This document shows, one piece after another, positions 1 through 13,440 of a DNA stretch of 64,000 nucleotides (position 1 is its first letter; every line of letters starts with the position of its first letter). Made by a program: the position numbers and the translations under genes. Where the stretch lies: positions 496,001-560,000 of the forward strand of contig NIVC01000416.1 in assembly GCA_002269645.1 (NCBI GenBank), written 5' to 3'. The notes under the pieces are model-generated. The model was not told the origin of the DNA. It ran no database searches and saw only the letters and a list, made by a program, of their open reading frames with translations. Source of the DNA: Macrostomum lignano (Eukaryota).

Positions 1-375
1 TGACCTGAAATGCATTGTAAAAATGCGAGAGAAAAAACTCACTGACTGAATTTCAATTGTGATAAAGATTGCATCACAAGTTGAAAACAGTGTCAAAGAA
101 ATGCACACACGACTTGATTAAAATTGCGTAACAATATTGCTAACTTAAATTGAGACTGATACTGGCTGACTGAGAAATTGATTATGTCATAACTTTTACT
201 CTAACTCACTTGCTGTAAGAATTAAATTATAAGGGCCACAATTCACATTCTCCAATTAAAAAGAGATAGCCCAGATGCGAACAGACTGGAATGCTAAAGT
301 AGCGACCTGAGTTCGAATCTTAGTAGTGCAAAAATTTTTTTATTAAAACACCTTAAAAACACAAAACTGCTAAAC

Positions 376-2330
376 ATAAAAGAAGCGCAATGTCAAACAT
401 AGAAGAGCAACCATGTCGAACATTAAAGAGCCACCATATCGAACATAAAAGAGTTTTCATGTCAAACATTAAAGAGCCCCCATGTCGAACATTAAAGGGC
501 CACCATATCGAACATAAAAGAGCTATCATGTCAAACATTAAAAAGCCACCATGTCATCCATAAAAGAGCCACCATTTTGAACATTAAAGAGCCACCATTT
601 CGAACATTAAAGAGCCACCATGTCAGACATTAAAAAGCCACCGTATCAAACATAAAAGAGTTACCATGTAGAATAAAAAAGAGCCACCATGTCGAACATA
701 AAAGAGCCACCATGTAAAACATTAAAGAGCCACCATGTAAAACATTAAAAAAGAGCCACCATGTCAAACCTAAACGAGCCACCATGTCGAACATTAAAGA
801 GCCACCATGTCAAACATAAAAAAGCCATCATGTCAAACCTAAAAGAGGCATCATGTCGAACATTAAAGAGCGACCATTTTGAACATTAAAGAGCCCCATT
901 TCGAACATTAAAGAGCCACCATTTCAAACATTAAAGAGCCACCATGTCAAACATCAAAGAGCCACCATGTCAAACATCAAAGAGCCACCATGTCAAACAT
1001 TAGAGCCACCATGTCGAACATTAAAGAGCCACAATGTCAAACATAAAAGAGCCACCATGTCAAACATTAAAAAACCACCATGTCGACCATATACGTGATT
1101 CCATGTCGAACATTAAAGAGTCACTATATCAAAAATTAAAGAGCCACCATGTCAAACATCAAAGAGCCACCATGTCAAACATTAGAGCCACAATGTCAAA
1201 AATTAAAAAGCCACCATGTCAAACATAAAAGAGCCACCATGTCAAACATAAAAGAACCACTATATCAAACATTAAAGAGCCACCATTTCAAACATAAAAG
1301 AACCATCATGTCAAACAGAAAAGAGCCACCATGTCAAACATTAAAGAGCTACCATGTCGAACATTAAAGAGCCACCATGTAAAACATAAAAGAGCCACCA
1401 TGTCATACATTAAAGAGCCATCGTGTCGAACATTAAGGAGCCACCATGTCGAACATTAAAGAGCCACCATGTCAAAGATTAAAGAGCCACCATGTCAAAC
1501 TTTTGAGCCACCATGTCGAACATTAAAGAGCCACAACGTCAAAAATTAAAAAGCCATCGTGTCGAACATTAAGGAGCCACCATGTCGAACATTAAAGAGC
1601 CACCATGTCAAAGATTAAAGAGCCACCATTTCAAACATAAAAGAGCCACTATGTAAAACATATATGACTCTATATAAAACATATACGTGACTTCATGTCG
1701 AACATTAAAGAGCCACCATGTCAAACATATAGGAGACTTTATTTCAAACATAAAAGAGCCACCATGTTGAACATTATAGAGCTACCATGTCAAACATTAA
1801 AGAGCCACCATATCAAACATTAAAGTGCCATCGTGTCGAACATTAAAGAGCCACCATGTCAAACATTCGAGCCACCATGTCGAACATTAAAGAGCCACAA
1901 CGTCAAAAATTAAAGAGCCACCATGTCGAACATTAAAGAGCCACCATGTCAAACATATATGTGACTCCATGTCGAACATAAAAGAGCCACCATGTAGAAC
2001 ATTAAAGAGCCACCATGTCAAACATATAAGAGACTTTATTTCAAACATAAAAGACCCACCATGTTGAACATTTAAGGGCTACCATGTCAAACATTAAAGA
2101 GCCACCATATCAAACATTAAAGAGCCACCATGTCGAACATAAAGGAGCCACCATGTCGAACATAAAGGAGGCACTATGTCGAACATAAAAGAGCCACCAT
2201 GTCGATCATAAAGGAGCCACTATGTCGAACATAAAAGAGCCACCATGTTGAACATTAAAGGGCTACCATGTCAAACATAAAAGATACACAATTTCAAACG
2301 TAAAAGTTTGCGAATTTTAAAGGAGCCACT
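376..2330 (+). repeat. 23-bp satellite array (AAAGAGCCACCATGTCAAACATT)n
   Basis: Direct tandem periodicity of 23 nt with many variant monomers. Confidence 0.95.
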
Positions 2331-2366
2331 ATAATGCTAAGGAAATTGTCGCACTAGCTACTTATT

Positions 2367-3185
2367 ATGCTATCTAGGATGCTATCTATCTGGGGGATGC
2401 TTGCTAGCTTGTATCTTGGGGATGCTTGCTATCTGGGGGATGCTTGCTATCTGGGGGATGCTTGCTATCTGGGAGATTCTTGCTATCTGGGGGATTCTTG
2501 CTATCTGGAGGATGCTTGCTATCTGGGGGATGCTTGCTATCTGGGGATGCTTGCTATCTGGGGATGCTTGCTATTTGGGTGATGCTTGCTATCTGGTGGA
2601 TTCTTGCTATCTGGGGGATTTTTGCTATCTGGAGGATGCTTGCTATCTGGGGATGCTTGCTATTTGGGTGATGCTTGATATCTGGGGGATGCTTGCTATC
2701 TGGGGATGCTTGCTATTTGGGTAATGCTTGCTATCTGGGGGATGCCTGCTATTTGGGGATGCTTGCTATTTGGGTAATGCTTGCTATCTGGGGATGCTTG
2801 CCATTTGGGTAATGCTTACTATCTGGGGGATGCTTGCTATCTGGGGATGCTTGCTATTTGGGTGATGCTTGCTATCTGGGGATGCTTGCTATCCGGGGGA
2901 TGCTTGAAATCTGGGGGATGCTTGCTATCTGGGGGATGCTTGCTATCCGGGGGATGCTTGAAATCTGGGGGATGCTTGCTATCTGGGGGATGCTTGCTAT
3001 CTGGGGATGCTTGCTATTTGGGTGATGCTTGCTATCCGGGGATGCTTGCTATCTGGGGATGCTTGCTATTTGGGTGATGCTTGCTATCTGGGGATGCTTG
3101 CTATCCGGGGGATGCTTGCAATCTGGGGGATGCTTGCTATCTGGGGGATGCTTGCTATCTGGGGGATGCTTGCTGTCTTGGGATG
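2367..3185 (+). repeat. 17-18-bp G-rich minisatellite (GGGGGATGCTTGCTATCT)n
   Basis: Direct tandem repeat; it produces the LGDACY/GGCLLS artefact ORFs. Confidence 0.95.
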
Positions 3186-3345
3186 ATTTCTTTTTGCATT
3201 GCACTTCATTTGAGTAGTTTGTCTGTTTTCTTTGTGAAAGCTTTATTTGGCTATTTTCTTATTACTTGTAGAGAACAGAGATTCTATACAGATGTCCCCC
3301 AACGGGGGGCGAAGATTGCTAGTCCTATATACTAAAAATGAAAAT

Positions 3346-3378
<33 letters not shown>

Positions 3379-3756
3379 AATCGATTAGAGAAAAAATGGC
3401 TTAACCGATTTTCATTAAGCTTGCACTGTTCGATCAGAAATTTTCCCGTGACGGTACATGTGTCTTGGCTAAGAAATTGCTCGATGCTAAAGGCATTAAA
3501 TACTCGAAAAACATGCTTTTTTGCAAAGGTCAAGCAAACTTTTCGACTTGAAATGCATTGTAAGAATGCTAGAAAAAAATTGACTGGTTGAATTCTGATT
3601 CTAAAATAGATTGCATCATAACTGAATTGTAACTCCGACTTGAATTGCGTCACAGTATTGAAAATGCAGTGTGGAAGCGAAACACCAGACGTGATTTAGA
3701 TTGCGTAACCATATTGTTAACTGATACTGACTGACTGAGAAATTGATTATGTCATA

Positions 3757-6700
3757 GGAAAAAAACATAGGAGCGTCCTGAAAAAATCATAAAAGCGTCA
3801 TGTAAAAATCATAGAAGCGTCATGTAAACAATCATAGAAGCGTCCTGCAGATATCGTAGAAGCGTCATGAAATAATCATAGAAGCGTCATGTAAAAAATC
3901 ATAAAAGCGTCATGAAAATATCATAGAAGCGTCATGTAAAAAATCATAGAAGCGTCATGTAAACAATCATAGAAGCGTCATGTAAAAAATCATAGAAGTG
4001 TCATGTAAACAATCATAGAAGCGTCATGTAAAAAATCATAGAAGCGTCATGTAAAAAATCATAGAAGCGTCATGCAAAAAATCATAGAAGTGCCATGTAA
4101 AAAATCATGGAAGCGTCATGTAAAAATCATAGAAGCGTCATGAAAAAATCATGGAAGCGTCATGTAAAAAATCATGGAAGCGTCATGAAAAAAAATCATG
4201 GAAGCGTCATGTAAAAAATCATAGAAGCGTCATGTAAAAAATCATGGAAGCGTCATGTAAAAATCATAGTAGCGTCATGTAAAAAATCATAGAAGCGTCA
4301 TGTAAAAAATCATGGAAGCGTCATGAAAAAATCATAGGAGCGTCATGAAAAAATCATAGAAGCATCATGTAAAAATCATAGAAGCGTCCTGCAGAAATCG
4401 TAGAAGCATCATGTAAAAATCATAGAAGCGTCCTGCAGAAATCGTAGAAGCATCATGTAAAAATCATAGAAGCGTCATGTAAACAATCATAGAAGCGTCA
4501 TGTAAAAAATTGTGGAAGCGTCATGAAAAAATCATAGAAGCGTCATGTAAAAAATCATAAAAGCGTCATGAAAATATCATAGAAGCGTCATGTAAAAAAT
4601 CATAGAAGCGTCATGTAAACAATCATAGAAGCGTCATGTAAAAAATCATAGAAATGTCATGTAAACAATCATAGAAGCGTCATGTAAAAAATCATAGAAG
4701 CGTCATGTAAAAAATCATAGAAGCGTCATGCAAAAAATCATAGAAGTGCCATGTAAAAAATCATGGAAGCGTCATGTAAAAATCATAGAAGCGTCATGAA
4801 AAAATCATGGAAGCGTCATGTAAAAAATCATGGAAGCGTCATGAAAAAAAATCATGGAAGCGTCATGTAAAAAATCATAGAAGCGTCATGTAAAAAATCA
4901 TGGAAGCGTCATGTAAAAATCATAGTAGCGTCATGTAAAAAATCATAGAAGCGTCATGAAAAAATCATAGAAGCGTCATGAAAAAAACATAGGAGCGTCC
5001 TGAAAAAATCATAGAAGCGTCATGAAAAAATCATAGAAGCGTCATGAAAAAAACATAGGAGCGTCCTGAAAAAATCATAAAAGCGTCATGTAAAAATCAT
5101 AGAAGCGTCATGTAAACAATCATAGAAGCGTCATGTAAACAATCATAGAAGCGTCATGTAAACAATCATAGAAGCGTCATGAAAAAATCATAGAAGCGTC
5201 ATGTAAAAAAAGCATAAAAGCGTCATGTAAAAAATCATAGAAGCGTCATGTAAACAATCATAGAAGCGTCATAAAAAACCATAGAAGAGTCATGTAAACA
5301 AGCATAGAAGCGTCATGTAAAAATCATAGAAGCGTCCTGCAGATATCGTAGAAGCGTCATGAAATAATCATAGAAGCGTCATGTAAAAAGCATAGAAGCG
5401 TCATGTAAAAAATCATGGAAGCGTCATGTAAAAAATCATAGAAGCGTCATGTAAAAAATCATGGAAGCGTCATGTAAAAATCATAGTAGCGTCATGTAAA
5501 AAATCATAGAAGCGTCATGAAAAAATCATAGAAACGTCATGTAAAAATCATAGAAGCGTCATGTAAAAATCATAGAATCGTCATATAAAAAGCATAGAAG
5601 CGTCATGTAAAAAGCATAGAAGCGTCATGTAAAAAATCATGGAAGCGTCATGTAAAAAATCATAGAAGCGTCATGTAAAAAATCATGGAAGCGTCATGTA
5701 AAAATCATAGTAGCGTCATGTAAAAAATCATAGAAGCGTCATGAAAAAATCATAGAAACGTCATGTAAAAATCATAGAAGCGTCATGTAAAAATCATAGA
5801 ATCGTCATATAAAAAGCATAGAAGCGTCATGTAAACAATCATAGAAGCGTCCTGCAGAAATCGTAGAAGCATCATGTAAAAATCATAGAAGCGTCATGTA
5901 AACAATCATAGAAGCGTCATGTAAAAAATTGTGGAAGCGTCATGAAAAAATCATAGAAGCGTCATGTAAAAAATCATAGAAGCGTCATGTAAGAAATCAT
6001 AGAAGCGTCATGTAAAAAATCATAGAAGCGTCATGTAAAAAATCATAGAAGCGTCATGTAAAAAATCATGGAAGCGTCATGAAAAAATCATAGGAGCGTC
6101 ATGAAAAAATCATAGAAGCATCATGTAAAAATCATAGAAGCGTCCTGCAGAAATCGTAGAAGCATCATGTAAAAATCATAGAAGCGTCATGTAAACAATC
6201 ATAGAAGCGTCATGTAAAAAATTGTGGAAGCGTCATGAAAAAATCATAGAAGCGTCATGTAAAAAATCATAGAAGCGTCATGAAAATATCATAGAAGCGT
6301 CATGTAAAAAATCATAGAAGCGTCATGTAAACAATCATAGAAGCGTCATGTAAAAAATCATAGAAGCGTCATGTAAACAATCATAGAAGCGTCATGTAAA
6401 CAATCATAGAAGCGTCATGTAAAAAATCATAGAAGTGTCATGTAAACAATCATAGAAGCGTCATGTAAAAAATCATAGAAGCGTCATGTAAAAAATCATA
6501 GAAGCGTCATGCAAAAAATCATAGAAGTGCCATGTAAAAAATCATGGAAGCGTCATGTAAAAATCATAGAAGCGTCATGAAAAAATCATGGAAGCGTCAT
6601 GTAAAAAATCATGGAAGCGTCATGAAAAAAATCATGGAAGCGTCATGTAAAAAATCATAGAAGCGTCATGTAAAAAATCATGGAAGCGTCATGTAAAAAT

Positions 6701-8075
6701 CATAGTAGCGTCATGTCAAAAATCATAGAAGCGTCATGAAAAAATCATAGAAGCGTCATGAAAAAAACATAGGAGCGTCCTGAAAAAATCATAGAAGCGT
6801 CATGAAAAAATCATAGAAGCGTCATGAAAAAAACATAGGAGCGTCCTGAAAAAATCATAAAAGCGTCATGTAAAAATCATAGAAGCGTCATGTAAACAAT
6901 CATAGAAGCGTCCTGCAGATATCGTAGAAGCGTCATGAAATAATCATAGAAGCGTCATGTAAAAAGCATAGAAGCGTCATGTAAAAAATCATGGAAGCGT
7001 CATGTAAAAAATCATAGAAGCGTCATGTAAAAAATCATGGAAGCGTCATGTAAAAATCATAGTAGCGTCATGTAAAAAATCATAGAAGCGTCATGAAAAA
7101 ATCATAGAAACGTCATGTAAAAATCATAGAAGCGTCATGTAAAAATCATAGATTCGTCATATAAAAAGCATAGAAGCGTCATGTAAACAATCATAGAAGC
7201 GTCATATAAAAAGCATAGAAGCGTCATATAAACAATCACAGAAGCGTCATGAAAAAATCATGGAAGCGTCATGTATAAATCATAGAAGTGTCATGTAAAA
7301 AATCATGGAAGCGTCATATAAAAAGCTTAGAAGCGTCATATAAACAATCACAGAAGCGTCATGAAAAAATCATGGAAGCATCATGTAAAAATCATAGAAG
7401 TGTCATGTAAAAAATCATGGAAGCGTCATGTAAAAAGCATAGAAGCGTCATGTAAAAAGCATAGAAGCGTCATGTAAACAATCATAGAAGCGTCATGAAA
7501 AAATCATAGGAGCGTCATGAAAAAATCATAGAAGCATCATGTAAAAATCATAGAAGCATCCTGCAGAAATCGTAGAAGCATCATGTAAACAATCATAGAA
7601 GCGTCATGTAAACAATCATCGAAGCGTCATGAAATAATCATAGAAGCGTCATGTAAAAAGCATAGAAGCGTCATGTAAAAAGCATAGAAGCGTCATGTAA
7701 ACAATCATAGAAGCGTCATGAAAAAATCATAGGAGCGTCATGAAAAAATCATAGAAGCATCATGTAAAAATCATAGAAGCATCCTGCAGAAATCGTAGAA
7801 GCATCATGTAAACAATCATAGAAGCGTCATGTAAACAATCATCGAAGCGTCATGAAATAATCATAGAAGCGTCATGTAAAAAGCATAGAAGCGTCATGTA
7901 AAAAGCATAGAAGCGTCATGTAAACAATCATAGAAGCGTCATGAAAAAATCATAGAAGCCTCATTTAAAAACTAATGAAAGCATCATTTAAAAAATTAAG
8001 AAGCATCATGGAAGAATAAAAGAAGTGTAAAGTAAAAATCAAAAGAAGCGTCATGTCAGACATGAAGGATGTCAT
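3757..8075 (+). repeat. 22-23-bp satellite array (CATAGAAGCGTCATGTAAAAAAT)n
   Basis: About 4.3 kb of tandem monomers; blocks of variant monomers recur (e.g. GTGCCATG near 4090, 4746, 6527), implying higher-order duplications. Confidence 0.97.
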
Positions 8076-8842
8076 GTAAAAATGAAATGCAGCTATAATG
8101 CTGTGCTGGGAAGAAAAACTGAGACGTAAAGGCTCTCAGAGAATAACTGAGATTACGAGGGGGGGGGTTGTTTCTGGGATCTCAAAGCAAAAGTCAGAAG
8201 CTACTTCAAAGTTCATGTACTTTACTCAATTTTTTATTGCATTCTTTGTTGGCTCGCCATGGGGGGGGTGCTGATAGAAGAAGAGTCATGTAAAAAATAA
8301 AAGTAGCACTATGTATACATAAAAGACAAGTCATGTCGAAGTTAAAAGATTCATTTGGGAATTGCTACGATGTCAAAGCTTGGTGGAAATCGTTATAGTG
8401 CTGTGATTCTTAAAGAAGGAATCACTAAAATGTCAAGGCTTAGGGGAGAAGAATTGCTGAGATTTCAAGGCTTTAGGTTGGGTTAAAGTTAGGTTTAGGT
8501 CAGGTGTGGGTTGAGGGTTATATTTTATCGGGTTTCAAGGTTAACAGTGGATTTTTTAGATTTCAAGGTTTATGGGGGCCATCGCTGACATGTCAAAGCT
8601 TACGGACGGGGGGGGGAATAGCTGAGATGTCAAGGCTCACGGGGGTATAAATGAGATTTCAAGGCTAAAGTCAGAAGCTACATGTAGTTTATTGAAAACT
8701 TTTTATTACATTATTTGATGCCTCCTCAGGCGAGGGATCGCTGATAAAAAAGCGTTATGTAAAAAATAAAAGAAGCTTATCGCTATAATGCTGTAGCAGT
8801 GCTATAATGACTCTTAGAGAGAATTACTGAAATTTCAATGCT

Positions 8843-8887
8843 TTAGGGTTAGGTTAGGGTTAGGGTTAGGGTTAGGGTTAGGGTTAG
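8843..8887 (+). repeat. Interstitial (TTAGGG)n tract
   Basis: About 7 near-perfect TTAGGG units inside Helitron-like element 2. Confidence 0.85.
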
Positions 8888-9351
8888 AAGGTTGACAGAT
8901 ATTTTTAGATTTCCAAGGCTTATTGGGGGCATTGCTGAGATGTCAAGGGGGGAAGTTGATATGTTAAAGCTGGGGGGGGGGGAATTACTGACATGTCAAG
9001 GCTTACAAGGTTTGACAGGAGATTTTTTAAGATTTCAAGGATACATGTAGCTTATTAAAAAAACGTGTATAGCATTTCTTTGGCTCCCCAACGGGGGGCG
9101 TAGATTGCTAGTTAATTCTAAATTTTATTTTATGATTATTAGTATTTGTCTGAACGGCACTGGCTCCTTATTCAAGCACTGACCAGATTTTTTGTTAAGA
9201 TATTGCATCATTCGCTGATTGCATGACATTGCTTACGAGCGAAGAGCTGCATATAATTTTAAGCCTTGCTACAGCGTTGCAAAAAGCAAGGAAAATGAGA
9301 ATTTATCATTTTCGAGCAAAATGTACGCGTATGTTAAATTTGGTGATGGGA

Positions 9352-9712
9352 GGGGGCGTAGCCCAGCGGTCTAGCGCAGGCTCTGGTGTGCCAGCGACCC
9401 AGGCTCGATTCCAAGTGCAGTCACATTAATTTGGGGCTGAATTGGAATCTCGGCTTGGCTCTGCTCGTGCAATTAACGGCCTTGAGAGCCAACCCCCAAG
9501 GCGCAGTGAAGTGTACATGCCTAACGATAAAATAAAGTTAGGGCCGCTGTACACTCCTGTGTGAGTGTGTGCCTGCGTACGTATCCGCGCGCTTGTGTGC
9601 CTGCTCAGGGGAGTCGGCGGAATGGGCAGTAATGCCTCTCGCCGGTTGTGTGCCAATGTCGCTTAAAGTGCGCCAGGGTGCACACAACCCCCCTGCCACT
9701 AATAAAATAAAT
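9352..9712 (+). mobile_element. tRNA-derived SINE, family 1
   Basis: A box TAGCCCAGCGG, B-box-like GGCTCGATTCC and an AATAAAATAAA tail; a second 5'-truncated copy is at about 53870-54105. Confidence 0.75.
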
Positions 9713-10844
9713 TGGTGATGTAATTTCCATAAGCACCCGTTTTGATATATTTGTTCTTTTTCTGATTGCTCGGTTATATTACTAACAAACGTTTACTATT
9801 GCACACAGAAAATTACAGTTAGAAAAAACTTTTCAATCAGTCTTGCATGCAATTTCTACACTAATATAATTCATTTTAGATAAAAACAAATCTACGAGCT
9901 AAATAGTTGCCGAAATTTAATTAACTGAAAGATTTAAAAATTTTTGTAAGGATTTTGTAAAACTGATGCGTTCGACCTGAGAAAGCTGAGAGCAGATATT
10001 TTTCAGCCAGCCGAGACCCCTACCATGACTTGGTGATGGGGCAAGCAGCTGTGGAAGCTTCTTGTTTGGCCACTTTGTCTTCGGTCTGCCGATCGGCAAT
10101 GCAGCTCCGGCTTCCAGGTGGCATCCGGCTACCCGACGGCACAGACAGCATGCAGTTGGTCCCCTGATCTCGTTTTCTTCGTACGTCACGACTTTTCAAA
10201 AAAACCAAAATTTGTAGTCTGGGCAGCAGGCCCTGGCAACAGCTGGGAGAAACTTTTTGCAGCTAGCAGTTTGCGCAAAAGTAACCGCTGGACGCGAGCT
10301 GCTCCCACACGATCGAGGCAGTCTGACTTTCAACTGGTTCTCGTCGTGAGATTTTGTGCAGTTCGGCATTGCGCAGGTGTTGAATTCAAGTCTCAATTTC
10401 TAAATTTTTTAGAGTTGCTACTAAGGTGCTTCATTGCGGAGTAAAGCGCTAGTCTAAAAACTGAAAGTCCCCAACTCAGGCCATGTCCAAAGAGGTCGAT
10501 CATCATGCTAAAAGGTCTTAGCTGAAAAGATTAGTTTAAACCATCTCACAATCTTTGACCCGCGCAGCTTACTGGGCGACAACGTTAAATGGCTTTTGAT
10601 GTATACAACAGCTCCAGCTTTCTTATCATGCATAACGGTCATGTATATAGCTACCAGTGATATGTGTGGCTTGGGATAGGCCCACATGGTTTGAGCATTC
10701 TACCTTTAAGTTCACGTATACTAGCTAAGATGTGACCGAAAAGAATTTAGTTTGCTTTGTTTACTAAACTTAATCTGTCTTCTTGTGAAGCCATTTCAAA
10801 ATCTTAGCTTCAAATGCCGCAGGCTAAGGCCATGTATCTACACC

Positions 10845-11784
10845 CAGGGGCGTAGCCAGGAATTTTGATTGGGGGGGGGCCGTGAGTTAGGGGGCGCCAG
10901 CTTCTTATAGGGGGGCGCCAGTTTCTTTTAGGGGGGGGCACCAGTTTCTTATAGGGGGGGGGGGGGCGCCAGTTTCTTTTAGGGGGGGGGCGCCAGTTTC
11001 TTATAGGGGGGGGGCGCCAGTTTCTTTTAGGGGGGGGGCGCCACTTTCTTTTAGGGGGGGGCGCCAGTTTCTTATAGGGGGGCGCCAGTTTCTTATAGGG
11101 GGGGCGCCAGTTTCTTTTAGGGAGGGGCGCCAGTTTCTTATAGGGGGGGGCGCCAGTTTCTTATAAGGGGGGCGCCAGTTTCTTTTGGGGGGGGCGCCAG
11201 TTTCTTATAAGGGGGGCGCCAGTTTCTTATAAGGGGGGCGCCAGTTTCTTTTAGGGGGGGGGCGCCACTTTCTTTTAGGGGGGGGCGCCAGTTTCTTATA
11301 GGGGGGCGCCAGTTTCTTATAGGGGGGCGCCAGTTTCTTTTAGGGAGGGGCGCCAGTTTCTTATAGGGGGGCGCCAGTTTCTTATAAGGGGGGCGCCAGT
11401 TTCTTTTAGGGGGGCGCCAGTTTCTTATAGGGGGGGGGCGCCAGTTTCTTTTAGGGGGGGGCGCCAGTTTCTTTTAGAGGGGGGCGCCAGTTTCTTTTAG
11501 AGGGGGGCGCCAGTTTCTTTTAGGGGGGGCGCCACTTTCTTTTACGGGGGGGCGCCAGTTTCTTATAGGGGGGTGCCAGTTTCTTATAGGGGGGGGCGCC
11601 AGTTTCTTTTAGGGGGAGGGGGCGCCAGTTTCTTTTAGAGGGGGGGGGGCGCCAGTTTCTTTTAGGGGGGGGGACGCCAGTTTGGGGGGAGGACGCCAGT
11701 TTCTTTTAGGGGGGGCGCCAAGGCCAGAGTTGGTGATTGGGGGGGCCACGGCCCCCCTTGCCCCCCCCTCTGGCTACGCCCCTG
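10845..11784. mobile_element. hAT-type MITE with an internal G-rich minisatellite
   Basis: TIRs CAGGGGCGTAGCCAG / CTGGCTACGCCCCTG and a perfect 8-bp TSD TCTACACC (10837-10844, 11785-11792). Interior is (GGGGGGCGCCAGTTTCTTATA)n. Confidence 0.85.
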
Positions 11785-13140
11785 TCTACACCACTACGTC
11801 TATGGAGACAAAGAGCAATTAATTGGTCAAGAGGCTGACGTGCAGGTTGTGGAATGTTTGAATGAACAATTGTAAAGCAGCGCCTGGTTGCTGCAACACG
11901 ACGATATTCCACAGCGCTCAACGCGTTTTCGATGAGGCAGTTTTGGGCTAAAAGGCAGTAAGCTGTAGGCCGGGTTGGTCGAACTCCAAACAAATGACCT
12001 TCTCAGAAGCCAAACAATCTAACAGTTTAACTACGCTCGTATAACGACTTTCGGTGACTTTAATGCAGTAAAACAAATTATTGTTATACTTTTACCAAAG
12101 GATTTTTCGCAAGTTTTCGCAAAGAATTTTACATAGTTATAAAATACAAAATAAAAAAACAATATTTTTATAAACAATAAATATAGGATTTAGGAATTAA
12201 GATGAAAGGTCAACGTTAAACAGCACCACATGTTACAGTTTTCATCCTTTGAAATCATTGGTCACCAAGTGACAGCTTCAATTCAACTCCAGCAGCTATA
12301 ACTCTCCTCTCTCAGATCCGATTATCCGATCAGATTTGCCTTCTCACTAAGCTCGCAAGCGTTTAAACTGATTGAAAGTTCGAGCTAGTCGATCTTAGCA
12401 TTTCTGGCACATGAAGGCGTAGTCAAAATACCAAATTAAACGGACCCCGATAAATATTGTTCCCTCTTTATCGGTCTCCGTCTGTCCATCCACTCTTTAG
12501 CTATAGATCTTCTCTACCTTGGGGCTGACTATACTGACCCCCAGACTGTATACATTCGTTAGCATAAAAAAGTATTTAACTACGAGTAATTTCTAGATAA
12601 ATAACAGATAAAACACCTCCAGGTGAGCCCCTGACAGCTGAATAATATAAAAAATGATAGTAAAGAGCGACGGTTGGTGGGTCGGTAAAAGAACCGACCT
12701 CAGGAGATGTGCATGGTCCTAATCAGCAATCATGGATTCTTCCAGAGACATCTCGTTGCAAACCGGTTGCACACCCTCGGCTCACCCCCAGTGGATGGAT
12801 GAGCTGACCACCCCAGACAACATCCTTGACCTTCACGCCTTCGTCCGAAATACCGGCCGGATTAAGGCTACCATTCTTCTGCCAACCTGGCGATTGCTAG
12901 TGGGGCTGGGCACACCTCCAAGCTTAAATCTTGATTTCTTCTATCTTAGGGTTGCGATATGGGGCCTGGCAGCGTGATTGCGGCGCCTGCGTCCTCTTGT
13001 CAGTAGTATAAGTACGGGCGATCAAAAGCGATAACTGTCGATGACTGCTGCTGCTGCTCATGCTTGTAGATACTGTTCAGGGACACCGCTGATGACTATG
13101 TATTGTAGATCTGACTGAAGGAAACTTAATTATTGAAACC

Positions 13141-13415
13141 AAGAGGGGCGCCATAATATACAGGAGAGGGCGCCATAATATAACCGAGATGGGCGCCATA
13201 ATATAACCGAGAGGGGCGCCATAATATACACGAGAGGGGGCCATAAATAACCGAGAAGGGCGCCATAATATACACGAGAGGGGCGCCATAATATACACGA
13301 AAGAGGCGCCATAATATACACGAGAGAAACACCGCCATACTGAGCAAACTGAGGGTGGTGAGGACTTCTTGTAGACCAAAGGAAAAGGGCCCCTACCCCC
13401 TTGAATCCGCCTCTG
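13141..13415. repeat. About 23-bp minisatellite (GAGAGGGGCGCCATAATATACAC)n ending in a TIR-like CCCCTTGAATCCGCCTCTG; probable MITE half
   Basis: Tandem units share the GGGGCGCCA core with the 10845 MITE; only one TIR-like end was found. Confidence 0.55.
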
Positions 13416-13440
13416 CATGCATTTCGTAGCTTATTGGGCC

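Larger units (their letters stand above)
1..3322 (+). mobile_element. Non-autonomous Helitron-like element 1 (5' end lies outside the window)
   Basis: Ends in a CCCCC-AAC-GGGGG hairpin (3296-3308), then about 10 nt, then CTAG (3319-3322). Bases 1-190 are homologous to 3545-3755 of the next element. No Rep/helicase ORF. Confidence 0.65.
3323..9111 (+). mobile_element. Non-autonomous Helitron-like element 2
   Basis: Starts TCCTATATACTAAAAATGAAAAT followed by (CTTG)n, resembling Helitron 5' ends. Ends CCCCAACGGGGGGCGTAGATTGCTAG|T (CTAG 9108-9111), nearly identical to the terminus of element 1. Confidence 0.7.

Noticed and set aside
262-330. tRNA-like segment with GAGTTCGAATC inside Helitron-like element 1
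   Set aside because: Only a B-box-like motif is convincing; no cloverleaf.
9900-12450. Possible decayed hAT transposase fragments flanking the MITE
   Set aside because: Only vague similarity (e.g. RTFNQFKRL) amid many stops; not supportable without a search.
13085-13135. CTGATGA...GAAAC, a possible hammerhead ribozyme core
   Set aside because: Stem II is not adjacent to GAAA and stems I/III could not be formed.
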